This document shows positions 14,001-27,485 of a DNA stretch of 64,000 nucleotides, piece by piece. The notes under the pieces were generated by a model, which saw nothing but the letters and a program-made list of their open reading frames with translations, was not told the origin of the DNA and ran no database searches. Made by a program: the position numbers and the translations under genes. Each line of letters begins with the position of its first letter. Position 1 is the stretch's first letter. The DNA comes from Paraspadella gotoi (taxonomy: Eukaryota > Animalia > Chaetognatha), in the NCBI GenBank assembly GCA_051294375.1, contig CM119269.1, forward strand, positions 915,842 through 979,841, in the 5' to 3' direction.

Positions 14001-16836
14001 ATTGAAACTGATGATGACGAAGGCATTATCATAGAGATAAAAGGTGCATTTCCTGTTGGAAGTGCTCTTTGACACACCACAGAGGTTGTCTGCTGCTGAT
14101 AAGAGTCCTGAAGATTCGCATCTTTCATCATGACATCTAAATCGTTTTTGCCGATGTTGTTGACTTGTCTACCTTCCTTTATACCTTCTTGCACATTATT
14201 GTATTTGTTATTGTAACAGGGAGATGGTTTTTTAGACTTCTCAGTCTCAGTACCTGGTTGCATCTGATCTGTGCAACAAGTGGTTTCACCTCCATTTTCT
14301 GATTTTTCTTCTTTCTGGTTGTTCGATTCTCCATTTCCGCTTTCTCTGCCATAAGAATCAACATCCAGAGTTTTCACGTTGGCTCCTTGCTGCATGTTCA
14401 GATGTGACTGGACACCGGGAGTAATGTCGTTGTTACTCAAAGGGCTGCCACTCGCAGAGGCGTTCTTGGCGTTTGAAGAGAGTTTGCGTTCATAAATCGC
14501 GGACCTTTCTAAGGCCGCCACAACACCATCATCCAATCTCTCCGGAAGGTCTTCATTTTCGAGAATTGCCTTGACTTTGTACGCGCACAATGCATTAACG
14601 GATATGGTTTTTCGCACCACAATCTTGTGTCTTTCTGGATACAGCTTCTCGTGAAGGTGCAGATTGGTCGACGTTCGATAGTCCAAGAAATGAGAGTACA
14701 ACTCCCAAGAGTCGGGTGATGGAAAAACTCGCACCCATCCTCCGCATCTAATATGCTCCTCCTTGATTCGACGGACAAGCTTAGCTTCTTCGTAACTTTG
14801 CAGAGCGGCGGATTGAAGACCGTGAGAAACTTGAATGCCGCTGTTGCTGCGACCCACGCTCCCCATGCCGCCGTGGCCGACTCCGGAGCCGGCCGAAAGC
14901 GGCCTGGACCCCCTCGTCGACCCCGTCCCCGAGCCCGGCCGGCTCTTCTTCGCCCGCGAGGCGGCCTTGGCCGCGACGTCGTAGTTTCGCCGGTTCTGCT
15001 GCATCCTCCGTTGCATCGGATCCTGGGCCTGGAACCCGCAGAGATTCAACAAATCGCAGATCATGTGACTCTTCACCTTGTTATCGAGAGGAGCATCGCA
15101 AGCGAGGGAGGGAGAGAGGTTGACCTCCAAAAGCCAGGGTTTAAAAGTTTCGTCGATCAGAATGTCGAACCCATATATCTCAAAACAGTTGCCCGCGTGG
15201 GGAACGAACATTTTGCTCGCCGTGGCGATCGGCATCTCCGCCGCGACGATCGTTTTTATGATAATGTCTTCGATCTTCATCATCAACGTGGTGGTGTCGT
15301 AGCCTTGGGTGCGAAGGAAGCGGAGCAGGGCGCTCATGGTCCACTTGTTGCCGTAGTCCTCCACGTCGGGGTTGTTGCTCTTGACGTAGTCCATGCTCCG
15401 CTTGTTGATGCTGTAGTTGGTAAGGTGCATGCAGTTGACGCGAATGTTCTTAATGTTCTTGTCGTACTTGACGGTTGCGAAACGCGCTAGGCCTTCTTCG
15501 TAAATGTAGACGACGAGCGGATCGTAGGAGGTGACCGCCACGTAGATTCGCAGGTCGAATTTGAACCCGTCGACGAGAAGTGGGTTGGAGACGTATCTGG
15601 AGGAAGCGTCGAGGAATTTTTAAAAACAATTTACCTCAATTAATGAATTTAATTCTATAAGTAAAACAAAAATACTTTTAAAAAAATAAATAGGTAGATA
15701 TCGTCACGATATAAAAAAAACAAACAACAACATAACCAAAACAACAACGAAAGAAATCATGAGCACCTGGAGACAAGCAGCGGCTCGTCCAAAGGAATGT
15801 GTTCAGGATGAGTGACGAGGAAGATGCCCCTTCCACGCGATGACGCAATCGGCTTAACGATCCAAACACCTGACCAAGAGTTAGACATGAAGATTTGAGA
15901 AAGCAAAATCATCCAAACTCCTTTTCAGAAGATGCAACGCGGCAAATTTCATTTTAGAATTTTTTTTAATTCTAATCGCTGGCGAAAAATAACCTTTATT
16001 TTTGAGATAGGCAGAGCAAAAATCTTGAAATTCGGACGGGAGAACGAAACTTTGTGGAATGAAATCGAAATGCTTGAACCCTTTGTTCTGTTGCATCCGC
16101 TGGATGTTCTGCGAAGGAACGGGAGAGCGTTTTCAAAACTTTTTCACTTTTTTAAGACCCGTTTTGAAATCCTTACCTGAACAAGGTGATCTTTGCGGGT
16201 GATTTCGTATGATCTAGGAAAATGGTTGACCTTCTGAAAGTCCTGCAAGCCTCTGAGAGTGTAGGGTTTCAAGTGGCAACCTGAAGAGAAAAATGAAAAT
16301 CTTTTACTCGGGAACTGATAGTACAAGAAATATTAGAAAACTTAATTACGGAAATCCAACACAGTTGACGCATAAAATTCAGGGATCGATACAAAAAGCC
16401 TTCAAGCCCCTCCGTGCTCACCTGTCCACAAAAGATTGAAGTCGTTGCTGTTGGGATGCACCTCCTTGAAGCCGTGCGCGTGAAGGATCGTCCGCAAGAG
16501 GCGACATTCGGTGCGCACGAACTTGTAAGTGAGATGGAACTTCTCACCGACAGCCTTGGCCGTCAGGTTGGGCGGTGGCGCCCCTGGTCCGGAAGTCGCG
16601 GGCGACGGGCTCGTCGACGTTGACGCCGACGTCAGCGTCGAGAGGCCGCTGTCTTTGTTGCGATCGGCTAGGTGCTCAACCTTTGAAGGGGGGGGAAAAG
16701 GTTTTTTTTTGGGGGGGGGTTTCTTTTCTTTTTTTTTGATATTTATTTGTTTTTTAATTGTTTTTTTTATTTTATTCATTGATTAAATAATTTATTTATT
16801 TATTTATTTATTAATTGATTGATTGATTGATTTGTT

Positions 16837-16908
<72 letters not shown>

Positions 16909-17263
16909 TCCACTAGTTCTCTTTCAATTCCCAGATCTTATCCCTCCCCCTGCCCTCATCCTTCGAACCTGAAACATAACCATCGGCGGTTTTTTCGAGC
17001 TACTCGACTTCCACAAGAATTTCGCCATGGCGTCTTCGGGTTCAGCGTCGTTTTTAGCGCCGCCGACGCCGCCGACGCCGCCGCCGCCGACGCGACCCTT
17101 GTCGACGCCCACTCCGGCGGTCGCGGAATTCTCCGGGTCACCATTTTTTAGATCGACGTTCGAGTCAATTACATCCGGTAGACGCGTCCCTTCCGTATGG
17201 CGTTGGCGAACTATAATGAAACGGGGGCGGATTGCGCTACGTCGGGAAGATTCTCTCTCTCTC

Positions 17264-17310
<47 letters not shown>

Positions 17311-17673
17311 ACTCTCCATCCCTCACCTCTTCCGTTTTCCTCCTCTTCCTCTTCCCCCTCGGCCTCGTTCTCATGGATTCCTCCTCAGATTCTCCCTCCT
17401 CCTCCCCCTCCTCGTCCCCGTCTCCCCCGGCGCCAATCCTCCGCCGGCGCCGCGACGCCGATTTCGCTTCCGGTTCGGCGCCGGCGCGTTTCGTCGTCGT
17501 CATCGTCGTCGTCGGCGTCTGAATGCTCGCTGCCATCTTGCGATTGCGGGGTTTCGCCAACCTGAGGAATTTCGAATTTGTAATTAGGCACCGATCGATT
17601 GATTGATTGATCTATGTATCGAACGAAGTACTAAATTGGAGAAATAATGTTGAGGGGACTGCATTGGAGCCAT
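11078..17673 (-). CDS. TTLL5: Tubulin polyglutamylase TTLL5
   Basis: TTL-domain motifs: [75 protein letters not shown] and [18 protein letters not shown]. It also has the TTLL5-specific C-terminal block [10 protein letters not shown]...[13 protein letters not shown]...NKSASIFLG. Several small 5' exons precede a 4.5-kb last exon (11078-15596). The start (17673 or 17536) is uncertain because of indels near 17330-17460. Confidence 0.95.
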
Positions 17674-20505
17674 AGAAGAAAATGTGCGTCAATTAAACTA
17701 ACTATGAAGCTCGAGTGACTCTCAGTGAGTTTTTATCCTCCTTGTTAGTCAATCTTAACTGATGATATGATTATATCACAGAAACTACGTGCGTTAAACA
17801 AACTCTTTTTCACATAAAAAGTTAAACCTAAATAAACAGATTTTTAAACTTTTTTAGAACAGCAACAAATTGACACTTAATTATTAATTAATCATTATGA
17901 GTTTTAAGACAATAAACAATGAAGATTAAAATTTTTAAAAAATAGTTAATACCCTCTGTTTACTTCTTTCAATATGAAATCATTTTAGGCATGGCTGAAT
18001 TTCTTATTCCCACCTTTTATGAAAAGTATTTAACAATGAAACAAAAAAGGCTATCAAAATACCGTAGATATTCGTTAATATCCTCTTGGGACATTTTGTA
18101 AGGATACAATCACGAAGTAGGTAACTCTTTGAGGGTTTGAAAGAAGTGGCAAACGGTTGAAAATGATGTTATGCTGCTTTTTCTTTTAGTTAAGGCAGAG
18201 TTCTAGACGATTCCTGCCACCCGCGTTTTAAAATTCACGAGATCTATTCTTTCCAGATGGAAACCCTAAATATCCCATTGACAGAACGTCATCCCCCCCA
18301 GCAGCACCGTCACCCACTCTACCTGCTCCAGCTTGGAATCTCGAGATTTGGGGTCCGAGCGACGGCGACTCGAAGGGTCAGACTTGCCGCGTCCAAGTTG
18401 AGGCGGACGGCGAAAATATCCCCGTCGTTTTGGGCGTCACTCGCTCATCGCTTTCTTTCTTTTCTCTCTCTTTCTTTTCTCTTTTTCTCCATCATTTTTT
18501 TTTTTGGTTCTTTTTTAAAATTTTTTTAAGTGTGATTTATTTAGTATAAGTTTTTTTTTTTTTGGTCGTGACACGAGCTGAAAAAAAGATTCGTATTTTG
18601 TTTGTTTACAAATTTAAAAATAAAATGTTTGACGACGAAAGGGAAATCGCCGGTGGCATCAACGGCCGAGGATTCCGAGTCTCTACGGCGATTGCATTTT
18701 TTTTTCATTGAGAGAGCAAAAGAGAAAGAAAGATAGAGAGATAAAGAGAGAGTTATATCGAGAGAGAGAGAGAGAGAGAGCTAGAAAGGAGAAACACGCA
18801 CCTCCCTAGTAACCATGGCGACCAGAACGAACCGTCTGGAAGACTAAAAATAGACCTGGGAATGAGAGTGAGATATCGGGTTAGTGGAATGGGCGCTTGG
18901 GGAATTTTGGAGGAGAAGAAACAGCTGACGAAAGGGCAAATATAGATGAGATAGATTAGAGATTCGCTTGCTGAAGATACTGGCGGACGTCTCTATTCAG
19001 TGGTTTAAGACAATTAAAGACAATTAAAATAAAAGCAAAGGATAGCTATTGAGTTGCAGCTATTGTTCAGTTTACGATCTTTATTGGGTAAAAATTTATT
19101 CAGTTGGCAGAAACTAATACTCATGATTAATGGGGACTTCTATGACAGTGGCAACTGGCAACTGGCAAGGAGGACATCAACGACCGGCGCGACCTTGCAA
19201 TTCTTTTTTTATCAATATCGTCTTATCTCATTTTTTTTGGGGCAAAGTTTCGTGCGCGATTTTTTTTTCTCTACGGGCGACGACAAAGGGAAATGAGAGG
19301 AGGTCGTCAGAATGGGCCGGTCCGAGCAATGCAAGAGCATGGCATTCATGTTTGACATGGCATGCCAAGACTAGGAAATACTTTTCGTCCCGAGTTTCTT
19401 CCTTTTCATTGAGAGAATTAGTACTGTTTGTCTTTAATCGTACAAACTTGATTTCTCTCTTCGGAAAAAGCGTTTCCGGCGGATTATGTCTTCGTGACGT
19501 CCGGCGACTTATTCGGTCCATTGGCTAACAATAAATAAAAAAAGAAAAAAAAACCCGGTTACACATGCTATTTTTTTTTGGTTTACACACAACTGAAGAT
19601 TGGGTGACAAAAAAAGAAGAGGCGACAAAATTGTCGCCCAGATTCTTGTTGTTGTTGTTGTTGTTGTTGTTGTTGCTGTTAAATTTGGCTATAATCGGTC
19701 GATGTTTACAAAAACAAAGAAGACACATCTACGTATATATTATATTCTATTATTATATTATTATATTTCTTTTATTATTATTTATTAGTATTATTATATA
19801 TTATTATCATAATATTATATGTTTAATACTATAATATACACCAAATAAGTATATATAAAGATTAATAAATAAGCCCGAAATAAATGACTTTTACACAACG
19901 TCCGAAAAAAAACCAGATCAGACGGGGAGAAAGGCTTTTTTTTGTCATCAAAACAGTTTTAATAGATTTCGTTTCCAAGCAACGAGTCGAACTTTTCCCT
20001 TTTATCTTCCTCTTTAATTTTTGTTCCTTCTCCTAATGTTCTAGCTAAGCCTCCTCCTCCTCCTCCTCCTCCTCCTCCTCTTCTTTAACTTATCTTCCTT
20101 TTTCTAATAAAAAAAAAACTCTTTCTTATTACCTTTTTGCTGCCCACTCGCTATAACTGTTACATCCCTCTCCCCATTCATAGAATATTAAATGTTAAAT
20201 ATGACTGGTTATTAATCTTAAAATTTAGATATATAAATCTAACAGTTTATAATCATAGAATATAATTTACTATAGTAGAATAGCCGATTTAGAAATTTTC
20301 ATTTATTACTTATTAGCAGCCTTTTTCCGAAAAAAACAAATGACTATCATTTTTTACATCTATCGCGCAGTTTTTAAATACTAAAACTATCGCTAGCTAT
20401 CGTTAGATTACGGATAGTAATTAAGGCAACATGAAACTTGATGAGACATAAATATATATATATAAAGGTTTCAAATAAATCCTAAATGTTGACAAGTTCC
20501 CCCTG

Positions 20506-23500
20506 TCACGTGATCCCCAACGTCTCTCGATTCATGTCGCAATTCGTCGCCGTCATCATTTTGCTGTATCGAAATGGAGTCCAGGTCTTCTTGGCTCCGG
20601 ACGAGACGGGCCCGCGCCCAGCGACCCCCGACCCTCCGACGAGGAAAGGCCCGATCCCGAGTCTCGATCTCCAATCGCTCGTCCGCGAAAACCGCTCCTC
20701 ATCTTCTTCCGCCTTCAGGATGCAGGAGCGAACGTAGTCGGCGGCGGATTTGCATGCGCAGGAGTCGAAGGCCCTTGGTTCCGCGGGACGGCGCGGGCGG
20801 CGTCTTTCTCGTCCGACGCCGGCGCCTATCCGCTTGGCGTCGTCGGTGACGCACCGACAGGCGTCTCTCACGCAGCGACGCTGAAAGGGAACCGGATCGA
20901 CCAGTCGACGACAAGTTCTGAGATCGGGGTGTTTGAAAAATCCGCAGCGACGCTGCGAGCGGACGACGTCGATTACGGCGGCGCCGCGACACGGAGAGCC
21001 CCAGGGGACGCCGACGCCATCGACGACTCCGCCGCAGCCTCGTCGGTGTCGCCGCTTACCGACGCGCCATGCGGCGGTGAAGGAGGCGGCGTCGGCGTAG
21101 AGTCCACCGTCGGCGTCGCGTAAGTCGTCGGCGGCGACCCCGTTGAAGTCGCCGCAGAGTCCGCAGAGTCGCCCGGAGGAGCCGCGCGGCGGGAGAATCT
21201 CCACGCGGCCGTCGGAAAGGCGCCACGTGACTTTGAAACCGGAAACGGTGCGGACGACGATGGCGCCGTCTTCGGAGAGGACGGAGAGCACGTTGACTTT
21301 GAAGAAGGGAAGGGTGATCTGGATGGATGGAAGATATTTTGATTTATTTATAAATATAGATTTAATCTCATTATTGTTTTTTTTTCATATTTCGATAAAA
21401 CGATTGATTGATTGCTTGGATAAACGCTCACCTTCTTCCTCCTAACCCTGACCACGCCCCCTTCATGGACGCTGACGCGGAACTTTCCGATCTTAACGGC
21501 GACGTTGTCCGTCCACCCGAAGTGGTTCGTCGATTTGGAGGTCGTCGTCATTTTGATCGAGAACCGGGTCGACTTTCGTCGTCCACCCTTGGAAGGGGCG
21601 TCGCAGTTTCTCGTCAAGATGTAGGTGCAGCCGGCGCTCTGGACATCGGTAGAGCGGAGGAAGATGGAAATAGGAAATTGTCTGTCTGTCTTTCTTTCTT
21701 TCTTTCTTTATTTCTTTCTTTCTTTCTTTTTTCTTTGTAATCTTCTTCCACCTGAAAGTTGAACATTTTTCCATCGAAGGTCTCAATCCGCGGATTCCGA
21801 CCGATCCGGCAGACGGCCTCCTTGAAGACGCACTTGGGGCAGCACTCGCCGGGGACGCGAGTTCGAACTTCGCCAGGGAAACATCGGGAGACGCTGGAGC
21901 AGTCGGTGGAGTGACACCGGATCATCGGCGTGGGCGAGATGAGACCTGATAGAGCGGAGAATCGGGAATCGGAGTGGAGTTTTGTGAGAAGAAGAATAGA
22001 TTAAACCGAATCACATCATAAAAGTAACTCAAAGAATGCTTGAACTGATAAATATACACTCTCCTCTCTCTTCCGAACCTTGAACAAATACAATTATAAA
22101 AACCAAAAAAAATTAAAAGTGATTAAAATAAATGAGATCGTGATTCTACAATCAATCTCATCTCTAAACAATACATACTCAATACTACCTCTAACATCAA
22201 ATATTCTCCTCTCGTCTCCTCTCTCTCTCTCTCTCTCTCTTCCTCTCTCTCCTCTCCTCTTCAACTGATAATAAGTATTTCACATTAGAAAAAGTTATAA
22301 ACAATTGCAGGATTACGATAAAAAATCCTAATTTTCTTATATTGAAATGATGTGAGGTTTTGAAATGCTCACTCTTGACGCATGTGCAGTTGGTGCAAAG
22401 GCTGGCGCGCCATTTCTCCCCCACTCCGCGTTCTTTTTGTGAGTCGACGACGCAGACTTCCATTGACGCCGGTCGCTGTTTGACGGCGCACTTGGGGCAG
22501 CAATCGGCGCCGCCGTCCGACGACACCGCGATTTCCCCGACGCCGCAAACGAGCGTCCGACAAGCGGCGCGACGGCACACGACGGTTCCGCCAACGCAGG
22601 CGCACTTGGTGCAGGCGTTGAGGCGCCAGGCGGCGCCTGATTTGAAAATATGCTTCCGGAAGAGGCAGCGGCCGGGCAAGGCGAAAGCGGAGCGGCTGCC
22701 GCGACAGGAGGAGCAGCAGGAGCCGGCGGAGCGGTGGAAGAAAGATCGTGGACAGTTAAGGACGGGACACTGGAGGCGAGAACAGGAGAGGGAGCCGGAG
22801 GTGCAACTGGGGAAGCAAAATGGTTGGATACGGTCGAGTAGATGTGCCGCATTTAGAGTTGTTATATATAGCGAACCTACCGGCAAATGAAGCAAGGATC
22901 CTCCCTCCAAGTCAGTTCTTCTTTATCCTTCAAAATCCGGCCATTGATAAAGCAAAATCGACAGACTGGGCAGCACCTAAAAGCGAGAATTGAAATATAC
23001 AATTATACATAGTAATAAATTCGTTTTATAATTTTGAGTTTTCACGATTCTCTTCGCTTCGAACTTTCTGAAGTCTTACTCTCGATCCAAGCCTCACTCT
23101 TCAACAGCAGCAGCAGCAGTAGCAGCAAAAAAAACAACAACTACGAGAAATAAAAAAGCCGCGCATTGACCTGCCCGGTATATGGACGGGATCGTCGCAC
23201 GGCGCCACGCATCGCTCCCTGGTTCGCGTCAAAATCCCCGATTGGCAAAAGTTGATTTGGCAGAGATCCAGGTCGTCGCGCCATCTGTGCCCGCTGGGGT
23301 AGTTGATGCCCCGGCTGGAGCAGCCTGGCCGGTCGTATAAAAAAATATATATTTTATACTCGTAGATTTTTTTTTGGTTAACAAAAACGATGATGTTTTT
23401 ATGAAGCAAAAAAAAAATTAGTCTAATACGGCACAAACTCAAATCAAGGAAAGTTCCCAAAGGAGGAAAAAAGTGCGGAATGGATATCAATGTATACGTA

Positions 23501-24166
23501 ACTTAAAAATGTTCACAGTGGAAATTCTCACCGGCGCATTTTCGATCGCAACACGAATTCTTGTCCGAGTTTTCGACGACGGCGTGACATCCGTCGAAAC
23601 TCGTCCCGAAGCAGTCCTCCCTCTCGCATCTGCGAAGGAATCGTTTCGGTGGCGAAATTTGAAAAGAGAGAAAAAAAAAATGGAGAAAAGAGCAAAGCTA
23701 TTCGCTTTGGTGACTGCACCTGATGAACCCTTGGCTGCATCTGCATCGGATGCAGGGATCGACGGAGATGAGAGGAACGTAAACTTCGAGTCCTTCGGCC
23801 GCCTCGGAGCAGGACGCCTCGGTGCCCTGGGAGAATTATATAATATATTATATAATATATATATAATATATATATATAATATAATTATATATACGCCTCG
23901 GTGCCCTGGGAGAATTATATAAGTATATTCAGAAAATTATTAACTCTTGAGAATAGTAATATCTCTTCTTTTAGTATAGTATAGTATTATAATCATACTA
24001 TATACCTCTCTCTCTCTTCTCCAGGATCTCTTCTCTCTCTCATGTCTCGCGTCTCCTCTCTTCTCTAAATAGTTACGTCCAAAAACTGTCCGTTCGCTCG
24101 TTTGACGGCAGCCAAGAGGACGACGCCGACAACGACGATGAGACGATCTCTGAAGCCAGTCTCCAT
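20506..24166 (-). CDS. BMPER: BMP-binding endothelial regulator / crossveinless-2 (signal peptide, 5 VWC, VWD, C8)
   Basis: Signal exon 24077-24166 reads METGFRDRLIVVVGVVLLAAVKRANG. VWC1 reads GTEASC..EGLEVYVPLISVDPCIRCRC. The BMPER-typical linker CRGSRSAFALPGRCLFRK is present. The VWD domain has TFDGKMFNFQ and GRLCGLCGDFNG, and the C8 domain has VDPVPFQRRCVRDAC. Confidence 0.9.
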
Positions 24167-24974
24167 TTGCGGCGCCGACGGGTCGATTGCAGCGCCGAAA
24201 TCTTTCCGATTGCCGTGCCGGTGCGTGGCTCCCTTCTGGTGCCGAAATATTTATCTGATTCGTTTTTGATTTTATAAAAAAAGATTTAACTTTATTTCTT
24301 TCGATTTTCGTTTGATTTTTATCGCGAATTTCGTGTTGAAGAGAAGAGACGAGATAAAATCATCGGATGAAGAGCTTTTCCGTCGGGAGAGAGAAAGAGA
24401 ACCTTCTTTAACAATCTTTAACGGAAGTCACTTGAGATTTTCCTTGTTTCCTTTGGAATGTTTCATTTGGACTGCGCTGTAAAATGCGCGTACTTTCGCG
24501 ACTTTTTAGTACATCCAAGAATTGATTTACTATATTAATTTCTCAAATTATGACGAAAACGCCACCAAAAACATTGATACTTATCACTGAACGATTTTCA
24601 CAATTTTGTTTGGATTAAAACTTTATTGTTATTAAAAATCGAAGTTAGTCACGTTCAATATTTCCGTCCAAACTGATTTGACACGATCGAAAAAATGGGT
24701 GCGCTACGATTAATTGTTTTTCAGTGAAACACAAGGATTTTGTTGACATCGAAAAAATCGCCCCTCAAAAATTATTTATTTTTAGTTTTTATGAATTGAT
24801 TCCGATATATTGTCAATTTTCTTTAGAATTTAGTATAATATTTTGTTTCTTTCATTTTCGGATTGTCTTGATTCGTTTTGGCTTGAATCGATCCCCAATT
24901 TTGTGGCGCCAGACGAAATTCGCTCTCATCTCGTAAAAAGAGAAATAAAAATCGAGGGTGAGAGTCGGAGAGAG

Positions 24975-25009
<35 letters not shown>

Positions 25010-27485
25010 GGTGAGGATTGGAGTCTGAACTTACCCCATTAGCTTGAAGGGTCATCACTTCTTCCCTCTTCCCGGTTCCCCTAGAAATCCATGGCCTCGG
25101 GTCCGTCGCGGTATTGTCATCTCGTTTTCCTCTTCCTCTTCTTCTTCATCCTCGAGATCGTCGCGGGCGGCATTGCTCCTTATCATTGATCTTCGTTCGT
25201 CTCGAACCGCGATGTTCCTTACTTTCACTTCTCTTCATACTCACTCTCTCTTCTCTAATTTTTTCCTTTTATTCTCTTTGCTTTTGTGTTCGAAAAGATC
25301 TGGATTCGCAATTGAGATCAGAAGATGCGATATCTACCCAGGAAAGCTCCGTCCCACGAAAAAGAGAGGTTGTCTCGAAATGGTTGAAACTCCGCCCTTT
25401 TTATTTATCCTCAAATCGGATGCTGCAGGGAATCTCCCAACACGTTCGTCCATTTCCGACATTCCGCTTGCGGCTTCGAACCTGGACGACTCGTCCCTAT
25501 CGACGCTTAGAGCTCATTGTTTGGTTCACTGTTTTTTTGGGGAGTTGAAATAAAGTAAATAGCCGATTGTGAGAATCGTCAGTGATTTTTTATTAAGGGA
25601 GTTTATTTCGTATATTGAAAAAAAAAATCATTATTAAACGATAAAAATACTAACCTTTAAAAACCTGAGAATAAAGTAAGTTTGTTAATCTTATTGGATC
25701 GAAATAGTACTGGCGAAAATAAGGACCACACAGATAGCCGATAGGCCGATTGCCGTCTGGAGAAGAAAAAAAAAGAAAAGAGAACAAGGAAGAGCGAAAA
25801 AGAGGAGGAGGAAGAGGAGAAAAAAAAAAGGCAATGGATGGGATTTCCAATTTTCTGGGACGAAGATTCGATCGGCGACGTCGTTATCTAGTTTTACGCG
25901 GCAACGCGCAAATCCGATCTCGATCCGCATTGAGCAATTTCGATGACAAGGGGTAATCCGTTTTTGGTTGCCTTTGTCATCGTCGTTGTTATTTTCTCGG
26001 AGACATTTAATCGCCAACTCCCCAAAAAATAATGTCTTTTCTCAATCGATATAGTAGGTAAAATAGTTATTAGTTAATAGGCAATTTTTTTCATAATCAT
26101 TACACGCGTTAGGGTATTAATTTTTAAATGCAAATTATCAGGTCTTAAATTGGTTTTTGTTGCTCGTTGTTACAATTAGATAGAACCTAGGAACAACAAC
26201 AAATGATCGCTGATGAACACAAACCGATAGATTTATTGGATTTAAAAAAAGTTCATTGAAAGAATGAATCGAGCGAGCCTCTCGCGTTGCCTCTCACACT
26301 TTTCGCCGTGAAAAGAAATTCCTTCGAGTCGACCGAGACAAACGGGAAAGGATTTCCTGGTCGGCGGCGGCCGTCAAAAGACTCACCGAGGTTAATCCAA
26401 TAACATCAATCTCCATTCCCTCCATAGGCCTAAAAAATGCCGAAAAGTCGTAATCATATTCTATTTCTATTTCTCTCTCTCGTCCTCAAATTCATTTAAA
26501 CATTTCGAGAGAAGCGAGCGCCTTTTGTTGGTTTTATTCAAATTATATCCGTTAAGCAGCGTTGCGGTCGGTGAGTAGAGAAAAAAAAAACAAAAAACGT
26601 TTAATTAATATTTTAATTCAAAACTTCAAATCGTAAAAGAAGTACATTCTTGACAGACACCATCGACCAATGACTGTTCTTCGTTAACGAAGGCTGACCA
26701 ATCAACTCTTTTCCCTTTCCATTCGCTTCTTTCGCCCAGCCCGCCTCCGTCTTCTCCCACTCGCTCGCCCCTCTCCTCCAACCGACTCTTTCGGCGATGT
26801 GGAAACTTGACTTGACTTGACTTAAGGCATTCGTCCAACGAGAGACTACCTCACTCTCAAAGCTGTCTAAGATGGGAGACTTGAGACTTGCATTGAGAGG
26901 CTGTTGCCAGAATGTTGTTAAAATGGGTGGGGAAAGATAGAGGAAGAGAGGGAGAGAGGTGGATGGAGGGAGGGGAATTGGAAGGGGAGGAAGAGGGGGA
27001 AGGTGACCAGGCGGTGGGCCTGACCCACATATCGGGATTCCACCTTTCGACTTTTCCTTCTCCTTGTTTGATTGAGCCTCCCGTCTCTTTTGCATCCGAA
27101 AGGATGTTCCGCTAGCACCGCGTGGAGGTGAGACGTACTGCTAGCGCGACGTGGAAACGGCGTTCTGTTGGTATCGGCGTCCCAGGCGGAGTCTGCACGG
27201 CGCTTATCGTTTATATTCGTCAAAAAAGAAGAAGAGAAAAAAAATAATTCGACTCGAACGATTTTTCTTTGGTTATGTTTAAACCTAACCATGTCCAAGA
27301 TATGTCCAATCACTGGCGTTTAGAAAAAATGGCAATATAATAGATATTAAATAAATAAATAAATAATTAAAATATAAGAAACGCTTTTCTAGCAATCTAA
27401 TCTCCGCGATATTTGGTCAATTTCTCTTTAGAATTTCGTATAATATTTTTGCTCTCTTCTCATCTCTTCGCGCGCCATCTGTCCC

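Noticed and set aside
14753-15490. 245-aa plus-strand ORF
   Set aside because: It is the antisense shadow of GC-rich TTLL5 codons. The same applies to ORFs opposite BMPER and the GPCR.
17330-17460. TTLL5 (and reeler/GPCR) as pseudogenes or programmed frameshifts
   Set aside because: Compensating indels recur in low-complexity stretches of otherwise well-conserved genes, so consensus errors are the simpler explanation until reads are checked.
27070-27110. HDV-like ribozyme at GAGCCTCCCGTCTC
   Set aside because: L3 does not fit the consensus and no P1, P1.1 or P2 partners were found.
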